64,000 nucleotides of DNA from the human T2T-CHM13v2.0 reference genome, Homo sapiens: the NCBI RefSeq assembly GCF_009914755.1, contig NC_060935.1; one strand, given 5' to 3'. Below the pieces are notes generated by a model, which ran no database searches, was not told the origin of the DNA, and saw only the letters and a list, made by a program, of their open reading frames with translations. The translations under genes and the position numbers were made by a program. The number at the start of each line of letters is the position of its first letter. Positions within the stretch are counted from its first letter, which is position 1. Below are positions 42,311-54,800 of the stretch, piece after piece.

Positions 42311-42504
42311 ATATCAGTAGGAAACAACCCTCATTCATGGGGCTGCAGGTTTGAGACAAAATCTGCATAGGAAAAATACAATGAAATCTCCCAGTCCTGC
42401 TGCTTAGATAGTGAGGACCAGGAACAGGACAGTAGATATGAATTGGGTTGCCAGAACTGAGCCCAAATATCATCAGAGTTTTGGAAAGTGTGATTGTTGG
42501 GTTT

Positions 42505-42685
42505 GGCTAAAGTTCTCAAATGTTACAGAGCATAAGAATAACCTGCGAGGCTTATTTAGATGAAGATTCCTGAATTCTTACCTCCCCAAATTATAATTCA
42601 GTGGGTCTGGATTGAGGTTCAAAATCTGAATTCTTAAGCACCCCCAAAATAATACAGAAGGCCCTCTGATGACACTTTTAGGAAA
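42505..42685. mobile_element. MER5A-like hAT-Charlie MITE
   Basis: gttctcaaa...gcataagaataacctg...agattcctg...attcagtgggtctgg...aatctgaattcttaagcacccc. Confidence 0.7.
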
Positions 42686-42984
42686 ATAAAACCCATCATA
42701 GTTCAAGGTTAAAATTGTTTTTAGAGGTTAAGGGAGATTGTGCAGGTGGGAATTTTGCTTGTGGAAAAAAAAAAGAATGGAGGCAGAAGGTGAAAACAAG
42801 TGAAGCCTAGGGGCATCAGATGATCATTGCATGCCCAATTTCAATGCTTAATAAATTGTACTTTCTGCAATTATATTCTCAAAGATTAGATTTTAATATA
42901 TAGCAAGTGATTCTGACACCAAAAGCACAGAAGTCATACTTTAGAAATGCTGGCATAAAGGGAAGGGAAGGGAAAATATTTTAC

Positions 42985-43270
42985 TTTCTATTATGTATAT
43001 GTGCCAGACACTGTGCCAAGAGAACTTTACAAAGAGGTAAATATTATTAACCTTATTTTACAGATGAAAAAACATGAGAATCACACGATATATCACAGAA
43101 TCACTGTGCCAAGAGAGCTTTACATGGAGGTAAATATTAACATTATTTTACAGATGAAAAAACATGAGCATCACACATAATATAACTCCCTGAGGTCACA
43201 CTGATAAAATAGAGGTGAACTGTGACTCAGATAAAAGGACCCCTGAATCTATTCCCTTAGGTTATTCTAT
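42985..43270 (-). mobile_element. MIR with a 93-bp-period internal tandem duplication
   Basis: cactgtgccaagag...ttttacagatgaaaaaacatgag occurs at 43009 and again at 43102. Confidence 0.85.
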
Positions 43271-43499
43271 TACGTACAATGATTGTCCTGCAGCACATAC
43301 ATTAAGATTTGTTGAATAGATAAATGTGAGGATGATTTAGTGAACAAATGAATAAATGATAGCATAGTGTGTGTTAAAATAGGTGAATGTGAGAAAGCTG
43401 ATAGTGACCACATGGTATCATTCTGAACCAAGACATTCATTTGAATCACTAATATAGTAATCTGATGTGATTAATCAATACTAGGTTTTATGCAATTCA

Positions 43500-45465
43500 T
43501 ATTTCTTCATTGACATATTTTGCAGATGAGGTCAAGTTTATTGATGTTCAATGTGCACACAGTATATACTCTTTTAAATAATTTAGTTACATAAATTTGG
43601 CCAACTGTATGAGGTTTTGTAACCCCTACCATGGTCAAGACATAGAATCTTCCCTGGTTTAATTTTGGAATTACTCTTCCCCAACCACTAGCTCTTACCA
43701 AAACAACAAAAAAAATCTGATTCTACCCTTATAATTTCAACTTTATATCTTATCTTACAGATTCATCACTAATTATTTTAGGGTTTTGATGGTACTGCAA
43801 AAATTTTTAAAGTTTTAATTTAAAATTGTTTCTTGCTAGTACTACAGCCTTGAAAGTGATTGCCATCCTAAATTTTGTATGCTAAGCACCTCTTTTGACT
43901 TCTCTTAATAACACCGTGGATAGTAGAAAAAAATACAACTACATTTTGTATGTTAACTTTGTGTTCTGTGATTTTGTTAAACTGATTAGTTCTAGTAGCT
44001 TTTGAGGGGTGTATTTTGTGGGAATTTTTACATAGACGATCATGATATCTATAAATACTCATTTATTCATTTCAAATTCATATACATTGTCTTTATCTTG
44101 TCATATTGTTTTAGTAATGATCTATCTCCAGTACAATATTAAAGAGATTTAGAAAGAAAAAATATTTTTGATTTGTTTCTGATTTTCAAGAAAGAAAACA
44201 TTTAATTCTTCAGTCTTACGTGAGTTTTCTCATAGATACACTTTAATAGTTTGAGAAAATTCTCTTCAATTCTTACTGTCATGCGAGTTTTTATTAGGAA
44301 TAAATTTTGAATTTTTGTCAAATATTTGTGTAGGTCAGTTGAGATAATTATTACTTTTTTGTATTTTGTTTATATACTTAATTAAATTACTCTCCAGTAA
44401 TTTAATCTCCACTGACATAATGCTGGATTTATAAAATTAAACTTATTTAATAATGATATCTTATACTTTTGAAAATGTAGGGCTGGATTCAATTTGCAAT
44501 GATATACCAGGCAAATATTAGCCAAATTATAATCAAATTGACTTCGGAATAAGAAACAAAGGTGGTTATGTGATTATGATGGGTTAAATTCAATAAGAAT
44601 ATGTGATAATCCAAAATGGGTATGCAAAGAATAACAAGGTTCAAAATAGAAAAAGAAATAGTAATAGAATAAATAGAAAATACACAATTATATTTGTAGA
44701 GTTCTATGCTCCTGTCAAAATAATTGATAAAATAATTAGAAAAACATTTGTAAGGATATAGAAGATCTATATCCCAAAGCTATCAGCCAACTTGACCTAA
44801 TTGTTATTTATAGAACATTATAGCCAACAAAACATATAAAGCATTATTTCATATGTGCACAGAACACATCAAGATATATATCCTGGACCTATAAAATATT
44901 AATGAAATGATTATAATCATTTAAAGTATGCACATCAAGCACAATGGAACTAAATTGAAATAAAGCAAAAAATGAGATAATCTTCAAATATTTGGAAATG
45001 TAAGTAACACATGGATAAGAAAGAAATCTCAAGGGAAATTTTAAAATATAAATGAAATAAATGGAAAGAAAAGTACAATATATTAAAATGCTAGATACAA
45101 CTTAGAGATAAATTTATAGCACTAAATACTAATACTAGAGGGGAATAAAGCAATGAATCAATGGTCTAAGCCTTCAATTTAAGGAACTAGAATAAGAAGC
45201 GTAAGCTCTAAATAAAGAGAGAAAAAATAATTAAGGGAATAAAGTAATGAAATAGAAATCAGTACAATAAGAATAGAAAACTAAAAACAATCGAGAAAAG
45301 GTGACACTGAAAGCTGTTTCTTCAAAAAGATCAATAAAATTAATCTCTGTTCAAATGGATCAATAAAAAATACAAATTACCAATATTAGGATAAAAAAGA
45401 CACTGCATATATTAAAGGGACAATACATTATATGAAAAGACAAAAAATCTAAATAGCCAAACAAT
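43500..45465 (-). mobile_element. Old L1 (L1MD/ME): minus-strand 3' part to ~44497, then plus-strand EN/linker segment
   Basis: Composition switches from T-rich to A-rich at gctggattcaatttgcaat|gatatacc. Confidence 0.65.
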
Positions 45466-48400
45466 TTTAATAATTTTTATTATAGTAAAACACATAACTG
45501 AATTCAACATTGCAACCATTTTTAAGCATATAGTACAGCAGTGTTAACTATACACACACTGTTGTGCAACAGATTTCTAGAATTTAGTTTTATTTTGCAA
45601 AACTGAAAATACATACCCATTGAACAACTCTTTCTTTCCCCTCCCCCAGCTTCTGGCAAACACCATTATACTTTCTGTTTTTAAGAGTTTTACTACGTTA
45701 GATATCTCTTGTAAATTGAAACATGAAATATTTGTCTTTTGTGACTGGTTTATTTTGCTTGCCATAACGTCCTCAAGGTTTATTCATGTTGTAGTATGTG
45801 ACAGGATTTCCCTATTTTAATGCTGAATATTCCATTTTTGATGAACATTGAGACAGCTTTCACCTCTTGGCTAATGTGAACACTGCAGAGTAAACATTGG
45901 TGTGAAAATATTTCTTCCAGACCCAGTTATTAATTATTTTGGGTACATACCCAGAAGTGAGATTGCTGGATTGTATGGTAGTTCTATTTTTAATTTTTTG
46001 AGGAACTTTTATACTGTTTTCCGAAGTGCTGTACCATTTTACATGCCCACCACTACTATAAAAGAATCCAATTTCTCTGCATCCTTTTTGATACTTGTTA
46101 TTTTCTGGTTTCTGTTTCTGTTTTTTATAGTTACCTTTCTAATTGGTATAAGGTGGTAACTCATTGCAGTTTTGATTTGCATTTCCCTGATGATTCGTGT
46201 TGTTGAGCATCCTTTCCTATGGTGATTGGCCATTTCTACATCTTTGGAGAAATTTATATTTAAGTCCTTTGCCTATTTTTCCATCAAGTTATTTGTTTTG
46301 TTGCTGTCATTGTTACTGAATTTTAGGTGTTGTTTTTGTATTCTGAATATTAACGCCTTATCAGATATATGCTTTGAAATATTTTTACAGATTCCATAGG
46401 CTGCTTTTTTAGTTAGTTGATTGTTTTCTTTTCGGTAGAGAAGTTTTAAAATTTGATGTAGTTCAGTTTGTTAATTTGTTCATTGTTGCTGTGCTTTTAA
46501 TGTAATTTCCAAGAAATCATGCCAAGTCCAACGTAATAAAGTTTTTTCCTAAATTTTATTCTAGGAGTTTTATAGTTTCAAGTCTTACGTTTAGGTTTTT
46601 AATCCATTTTGAGTTAATTTTGGTACGTTATATAAGGTAAGGGTTCAACTTCATTCTTTCACATGTAGATACCCAGTTTTCTGATACCATTTGAAAAAGA
46701 GACTCTCCTTTTCACATTGTGTAACCTTGGCATCCTCTTCAAAGATCAATTGACCATATATGTGTGGGTTTATTTGGGGCTATATCTATATATTTGGATG
46801 GAACAGAATACTGTTCCATTGGTCTATATGTCAGTCTTTATAGCAGTACCATGTTTTTGTTACTGTAGATTTATGATATGTTTTGAAACCAGAAAGTATG
46901 AGATCTCTAGCTTTGGTTTTCTTTCTCAAGATTGTATTGGGTATTTGGGGACCTTGGAATTCCATGTGAATTTTAGGATTTCTATTCTAAGAAAAAGGTG
47001 CCATAGGGATTTTAATAGGAATTGTATTAAACCTGTAGATCACTTTGGGTAGTATGAATATTTTAACAATAATGATTATTCTAATTCATGAACATTTCAT
47101 TGTATTTATTTACATCTTTAATTTTTTCATCAATATTTTGTAGTCTGTAGTGTGCAAGTTTTTCACCTTCTTGGTTAGTTTATTCCTAGGTAATTTACTC
47201 TTTTTGATACTACTGTGAACAAAATTGCTTTCTCAATATCCTTTTGTGAATTGTTCATCATGATTATATGAAATTGATTTTGTATCCTTCAACTTTGCTG
47301 AATTTATGAATTTTACTAATTTTTTTTGTGGAATCCTTAGTATTTTATACAAGTAAGATTATTTCAACTATAAAGAGATATAATTTTGCTTTTTCCTTTC
47401 CAATTTGGATGGCTTTAATTTCATTTTCTTGCCTGATTGTTTCAGCTAGGACTTCCAGTACCATGTTGAACAGAAGTCACAAAAGTAGGTCTTCTTGCCT
47501 TCTTTCTCATCTTGGAGCAATAGCTTTTTGTTTTAACTGTTGAATATGATGTTAATTGTGGGTTTTTCCTGTATGGCCTTTGCTGAGAAAATTTCCTTCT
47601 ATTTCTAGTTTTTTGAGTGTTTTTATTATGAAAGTGTGCTGCATTTTGTAAAATGCTATTTTTAACATCAATAAGATTATCATGTGGTTCTTCCCCCCAT
47701 TATTATGTCTCTTTTTACAGTTTTTGTAATAGCCTATTTTATCTAATTTGAGCATTGTTGGTCCTGCTCACTTTTGGTCTCCATTTATTTGGAATATCTT
47801 TTTCCATCCCTTTACTTTCAGTCTACATGTATCTTCAAGGATAAAGTGAGTCTCCTATAAGCAGCATATAGTTGTGTCTTGTTATATCCATTTAGTCAAT
47901 CTATATCTTTTAATTGAAGAACTTAATCAATTTACTTCAATGTTATTATTGATCAGTAAAAACATATTCCTGCCATTTTGTTAATTATTTTCTGGTTCTT
48001 TCATAGATTATTTATTCCATTCTTCCTTTCTTATTGTTTTTGTCTGTGGTTTGGTGGTTATTTGTTGTGCTAAACTTTATTTTCCTTCTTACATGTATAT
48101 CTGTTGTAATTTTTTTCTTTGTACTTATCATGAAGCTAAAGTCTTGTAGTTACAATAGACTATTTTTAACTAATAAAAATTTACTTTGGCCACATAAAAA
48201 TACCATTTAAATTTTCTTCCTCACACTCCACAATTTATATTTTTGTTGCCTTCATTTACATCTTTATCTACCGTGGGTTCCTTAGCCACTAATTGTAGCT
48301 ATTGTTTTTTACAAGATTTACATGGCTCATTACAGCACAAGGGTGTTCTGAGTTTGATTTTGAACTTATCTCTACTTGTGAGCTTTATACTTTTACATGT

Positions 48401-50420
48401 TTTCATGATAGTAATTACCATCCTTTCATTTTTGGTTGTAGCACTCCCTTAAGCATTTTGTGTAAGACCAGTATAGTGGTAATAAATTTCCTAAGATTTT
48501 GCTTGTCTAGGAAGGTGTTTATTTCCCTTTCATTTTTGAAGACTAGCTTTGCTGAATATAGTGTTCTTGAGTACCATGCTTTTTCTTTTACCAATTTGAA
48601 TATATCTCCCTATTCTTTACCAGCCTGCAGTTTTATGCTTGCAGAAATCTGCTGACAGAGTAATAAGAATTTGCTGATGTGTAACTACATGCTTTTCTCT
48701 TGCAGCTTCTAGAATTCTTTGTTTACAACTTTTTAAAAAAGTTGTTTTTAGTGGAAACATAATGGTTATATATATTTATGGGGTACAGAGTAATATTTTG
48801 ATACATGAATACAATAGGTAGTGATCAAGTCAGGGTAATTAGTATATCCATCATCTCAAATATTTTGTGTGTGTGTGTTGAGAACGTTCAACAACCTCTC
48901 TTTCAGCTATTTGACAAATACAATAAATCATTATTAACTATAGTTACCTTATAGTGCTATAGAACCTGAGAACATATTGCTCCTATCTACATGTAACTTT
49001 ATATGTATTAATCACCTCTCCCTATGCTCCCCTTTCTTTTACTTTTCTCAGCCTCTAATAACCATAAATCTATTTTCTTCTATGAGTACAACTTTACTGC
49101 AGCACTATTCACAATAGCCATGACATAAAATCCACCTGAGTATCCATCAGCAAATGAATATACAAAGAAAATGTTACACACACACACACAAACAATGGAA
49201 CACTGTATCTGCAGATATACACACACACACACACACACACAATGGAACACTATCCACCATAAGATGAATTAAATGCTGTAATTTGCAGCAACATAAATGA
49301 GCCTGGATGATATTATGTTAAGTGAAATAAGACACAGAAAGAAAAATACTGCATGCTTCACTCATATGTGTGAGCTAAAATTTGTCTTTGACAAATGACA
49401 TTTTGATTATAACATGGCTTAGAGAGAATCTTTTTACACTGAGTCTAACTGGGGAATTGTTAGCTTCCTGGATTTGGATGTCCATATCTCGCTCAAGTAT
49501 TGTGAAGTTTTCAATCATTATTGTGTAAAATAGGTTTTCTGTGCCTCCTACAGTAATATGATGCTCCAAATATTTGTTCATGTAATGATGTTTCATAAGT
49601 ACTGTAGTATCTCTTTATTCTCTTTTATTTCTATATTTTTCTGACTTTGTTATTTCAAAGGACTTGTTTCCAAGTTCAGAAATTCCTTCTTTTGTTTGAG
49701 CTAGTCTTTTGTTGAAACTCTCAATTGTGTTTTATATTTCATTCATTGAATTATTCAGGTCTAAGATTTCTGCTTGGTTCTTTTATATGATACTTATCTT
49801 ATTGTTGAACTTCTCGTTCCTATCACAAATTATTTTCTTGAATTCATTGAATTGTTTGTCTGTATTTTGTTGTATCCTGAGTTCCTGTGAGATCACTATT
49901 TTTATTTCCTGTTAAGGCATTTCAGAAATACTTTTTTTTTGGAATCTGTTTCTGAAGACTTATGTTCCTTTGGGGTGTCAAATTTCCTTGTCTTTTTATG
50001 TGTCTGGTGCCCGTGTGTTGATATCTGCAAATCTAGTAGAACAGTCATTTTTCCCCTATTTTATCGAGTGCTTTTGTAAGAAAAGACTTTTCCCTGAAGA
50101 TGGATCCTAGGATGTCAGTTGGGTATGGTACATTGCCTTTAGCTGTGGATGGATTCTGTAGTATGACCTCCATGCAGTTACTTCGGTTGAAATCCTTGTC
50201 CATGATATCTGTTATTGCCTCTGTGGTCTAGGCTATAGGAGTCTGTGATGGTGGTGGTGTGGTATTGCTTGAGGTTGTGTCTCTGGGCTGGTCATGTTGG
50301 GTGAATATGAGCACAATGTGCCAACAGGCTGTGTGGTGGGCTCTCTGGGGAACTGGGCTGTAACCACGTTGGCTGTTGGATTAGGCACAGGCATAGGCAC
50401 AAGCATTTTTCTTGAAATGG
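45466..50420 (-). mobile_element. L1MB1/2-L1MA10-like element (3' UTR to ORF1/5' region) with an internal deletion near 47720
   Basis: 3' UTR ttgtgcaacagatttctagaa...gcaaaactgaaa. ORF2 remnant (46039-46233: [14 protein letters not shown]) and ORF1 remnant (49375-49596: IENFTILERDMDIQIQEA). Confidence 0.8.
48730..49380 (-). mobile_element. Short L1MA4/5-type insertion, 5'-inverted, nested in the older L1
   Basis: Minus-strand 3' UTR to 49095, then plus-strand segment 49096-49380 ending gagctaaaa, which abuts (in L1 coordinates) the aaagttg start of the non-inverted part. Confidence 0.85.
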
Positions 50421-50438
50421 AGAGAAAAGTGAGGTGTT

Positions 50439-50715
50439 GCCTGTAATCCCAGCACTTTGGGAGGCCGAGGCAGGCAGATCACAAGGTCAAGAGATTGAGA
50501 CCATCCTGGCCAACACGGTGAAACACAGCCTCTACTAAAAATACAAAAATTAACTAGGCATGGTGGCATGTGTCTGTAGTCCCAGCTACTCAGGAGGCTG
50601 AGGCAGGAGAATCGCTTGAACCCAGGAGGTGGAGGTTGCAGTGAGCCGAGATCACACCATTCTACTTCAGCCTGGTGACACAGCGAGACTCCATCTCAAA
50701 AAAAAAAAAAGAAAA
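50439..50715 (+). mobile_element. AluSc-like, 5'-truncated by ~20 nt
   Basis: gatcacaaggtcaagagattgagaccatcctggcc; TSD agaaaagtgag(g/a)tgtt at 50423-50438 / 50716-50731. Confidence 0.95.
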
Positions 50716-53279
50716 AGAAAAGTGAGATGTTATCTTCCTTCAGATCTAGTAAAGAGTGTCCCAGGAGAATCTCTAATTAAGAATGGGTTGGTTTATGAAA
50801 AGAGGGTATTGGTATCTTATTAACTACCTGAGTAGTGGTGATTGAAAAACAAATTATCTGGCCTGTCAGTCTGGGGCATGGTGAGATTATTTTTGAGGGA
50901 GCTTGACCTAAAGTGTAGGTATACATATGAAGATAGATATATTTGGTGTCTATTTTTAGTATAGGCATATCTTAAATCTAGAGCCTTCCAGAGCAACCTA
51001 GGCCAGCAGAACTCTAAGATAAAATATGGTGTCTGAAGAAAATATGGTGGTGACCCTACAACATTTGAATTCTCTGATGATCTTGGAAGTGCAGAAGCAG
51101 GCTCCAGTGTTCCAATAGCTCCACATAAAGTTAATAAAAGTTAGCTGGGAGATGTAATTTAGGAAGCATCCTAGCCAGCTGACTGGTCAAGCAATAAATT
51201 GCCCAACCCAGAGAAGTGGTTGACAGCATATATCTTTGGTGACATTGTTGAGGAGCTTGGCTGTATTGTATGAGTGGTTCTTGAAGAGAGATAACTAAAT
51301 GAATCTGGATACCATCAGAAAACTAGGCTCATCAATAATACAGAATCCAACATACCCCTGGAGCATCTGAGCATCAGATTGGGTAAGGTCAGGGGTACCT
51401 TCTCTATACTACCATATCAGCAGCCACAAAAGAGGATTATTTTTCTCTCAATTCTTCTTCTTTGCCTCAGTGGTAAAGTAACGAGAAACTAGGATAGAGA
51501 GAAAACATGAAGGACGTTTAAAGGCAAAGTCATCTACTTCTGTTCCAGGTGCTAAATCAGGGAAAAATGTTCAAACAGTAGATCAACCATCTTTGTCCTC
51601 TACTATTCTTCAAATTTCAAGTCTTTTCTGAATAGAATGGAAAGAATGAGGATTCTGATAAGAAAACTATGTTTTAAACTGAAAAGAAATGTCTTAAGAA
51701 CCCAAGGTAATCAAAATAATTATGTATTTAACATAAGCTTCCTTGAAGGGTTCTGCCACCTTACTGGGAAGCTATAATTTTAATAAATAACGTAACACAT
51801 TGGGAAGCATAACACATTAAGAAGCAATAATTTTAATAAATATCTGTTTATATTAATACTTCAAATATTGGAAGTTCTTCAAGAAACCAGTGGCACTATT
51901 TTTAAGTTATTGTTCTCTGAGAAAAGTATGACCTTGAAGCTAAACTTTTGGATATGTATGCTGAGAACTTGGAGGAGAAATAATTTATATGCAACTTAAC
52001 TAAGCAGTTTAAACATGAAAAATGTACTAACCATAGTGCACTTAAATGGTTAAACCATAAAGGAGGACACAGAATACCTTGATTATACTTCCAAGGTGTT
52101 GGTATTAGATTGTTTCAGATAATTGTACCTGCATCTTATTTGTCCTGACAGGGCACAGATTATTCTTTGGCCTAGGTTGATAAACTGAACTGCACCTTTA
52201 TTCACAGTATGACCTATTCCTTCAGCAGAGTCTAGACATTTTGTGGCAATATTTCAGTGCTGCTTACTTATACATATTTGGTAGTTTCTTTGAGTGGACT
52301 AAATCTCCCTTTTTAGTCCTTGCACTCATACTTCTTATCTGAAAAAGGAACAAAATACTTGTAGAAATCTACTTGGTCACCTTATTCTGAGGATCTAGTC
52401 GTATGACCTGTCTTTCCATCTTCTCTCAGTAATTTAGAGGAAAGTCCCTATCCATATAATGTGTCAGATAATTCTTACACAAAATTTATACATTTCATCT
52501 CTGATGACCACTAGGTAGAAGTCCCCCTACTGTCATGTTGGTTTCATAAATATCAGTGTTCATGCAGTGTGTGGGCCGATTCAGAGCTTCCATATACCTA
52601 CAGTTCTATGCTAAAAATAAGAGGAAATCATTTGTTTCCTAGGCAGCAATTTCATGGAACATGTATAGTTCTCCTTTGAAGGTGTCCTAAATGGTGAAGT
52701 TTAGTATTTGCAATATTAACATGTTTGGTTTTTAAAAAAACTATTAATAATGTGCTTTAACAATCATAGATTGCCAAATTAAGCAACTATTAATACATGT
52801 TGACCAAGTTCAAACTTGTGCACAAGGAGAGCTAGGTGTTCTCTCTGTATAAACTCTACATAGACTATATAAAAGGGGATAGGGAATAAGAACAGAAGGA
52901 AGGAACAAAGGTAGGAAGGAAGAGAGAGAAAACAAGAGAGAAAGAATCTACAAATAAACACCAAACCCACAGGAAGATTTTCAGACTAAAACAAAATGCT
53001 TAGTATGATGATTGGTAGGTATTATATGTTCAATCCATGGTAGCTTTTAAATTTTGTTAAAATAAAAACAATCATTTCTGTGTAAAATACTTAGGAAAGC
53101 ACTCGAGTGTTAAATGTATCATGAAATATAAGTTCAGTGTTTATTATAATCAGGCCAAAGATAACAATGAAGGCAAGACATTGATAAATCAGGAAAGCAA
53201 ATTCTTCTTTTGTTGGCTTAAATTTATATTAATATGTACAGATATACAGCCTATGTAAATTATACCCCCGTTTGCAAAC

Positions 53280-53480
53280 TATTTAGCACCTTCTGTGTAG
53301 AAGGTTTTATATAGAGTATTCATATGCATTAGCTCTTTAAATTCTGAGAACTCTAAAAGAAAGCTATCATTGTTGATATTTTAAAGATATGAAATAGATG
53401 CTCAGAGATTTTAAGTGATCATCTCAAGCTTGCACAACTAGTAAATCTAAGATCTAGAATTCAAATTAGGTCAGATCCTT
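53280..53480 (-). mobile_element. MIR
   Basis: atattttaaagatatgaaatagatgctcagagattttaagtgatcatctcaagcttgcacaactagtaaat. Confidence 0.75.
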
Positions 53481-54469
53481 GATGTTCAACCACACACTAA
53501 TCCAGAGGTCTTCTGCTTTGTTTTTTCCCTAGGAAAGTAGATCTAATATTTCCATAGAAGCAAAAAGTAGCTAACAGAACTTGACAAAAAGATGTTTAGA
53601 TAAATCAAGCTATAATTTATCGAATAGAGAAAGGAATCAAAAACATCTGATGCCCCAGGCTATGAGTAGGACATAAGTCAAAATTATAAATTATTTTATT
53701 ACTGCTTTTTCTCCGGAGAATTTTAGAGCTAGGTTAAAAACACAGTTTGATAAATACATCTAATAGTGATTCATAGTATTATTATTTCAAACCTGAAACT
53801 TTCCTGGACTCATACAGATGCCTAAGAAACACAGCTGCTACAGAATAAGTTCATTGAGTACTCCTGGCGAAAGGCATATCCTGTCCCTTTTATTTTTTCC
53901 TTCATCTCAAGTCTCTTTAAAAATAAGTCCCAGAAAATGATCCATTAAAACAAGACATGAAAAATAGCTCTTAAGTGAATTAAAACTTAACATTCAGTTA
54001 GTTGTATAAAACTGTAAAATTATTTCATTACATTTACAATAGGCTTTCTTATTTTGATATACTTTCATATTTTACAGGAAAAAGCTTATAATAAAATTTA
54101 GCTGTTGTCTTGATTTATTTTTAAGGTGTCAAAACCTAATTGTTCTTGTCAATTAAAAGAATATTTTCTTTCATTTTTCTAGAGTTGGGTGTCCTCCTCC
54201 TATAGGTTGGTGACATTGTGAATGTTTTCAGTTAACAACCGGCTTGGACACAGGCATTCAACTGGTTCAACTTTTCCAGCTTACTCTCTTAGATAACAGA
54301 AGTAAATGTCTCAGTTTCCTTTGTCAGTTTAAACACAGACAATTAGGGTCATGCTGACAAATAAGATGCTCTGCGAGTTTCAGTCGATTCGATTCTGAAA
54401 CTGAAAATACTTTTGCTGAAATTGATTGAATATTTATGCCCTGTTAACAGTGGTTTGGCCACATTACTT

Positions 54470-54600
54470 TGTGTGAGGTATTGTGAGGGCAAACACAGAT
54501 CAAGAGAGATAAACTTGAAAGAGTTATAGAGTTTTGTTACTCACAGTTCCCTAGGGAGAACACAGCATGCCATGCAGTGTCACTCAAGAGATACCGGGAC
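54470..54600. mobile_element. ERVL-type LTR terminal fragment (MER21/MER68/MER77 group)
   Basis: tgtgagggcaaacacagatcaagagag...gttactcacagttccctagggag...catgccatgcag. Confidence 0.45.
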
Positions 54601-54609
54601 TGGTGTAAA

Positions 54610-54800
54610 ATACACACACACACACACACAAATATACACACATACATACAAAAATATATATACACATATGTGTACATACATATACATGTAAACATGTATG
54701 TGTGCATGTATATACACATACACATATGTATGCATATACACATGCATGCATATATACATGCATGTATATATGTATATAAAATATATATGTAAAATTATAT
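54610..54800. repeat. Compound (CA/TA/TG)n tract
   Basis: Read directly. Confidence 0.95.
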
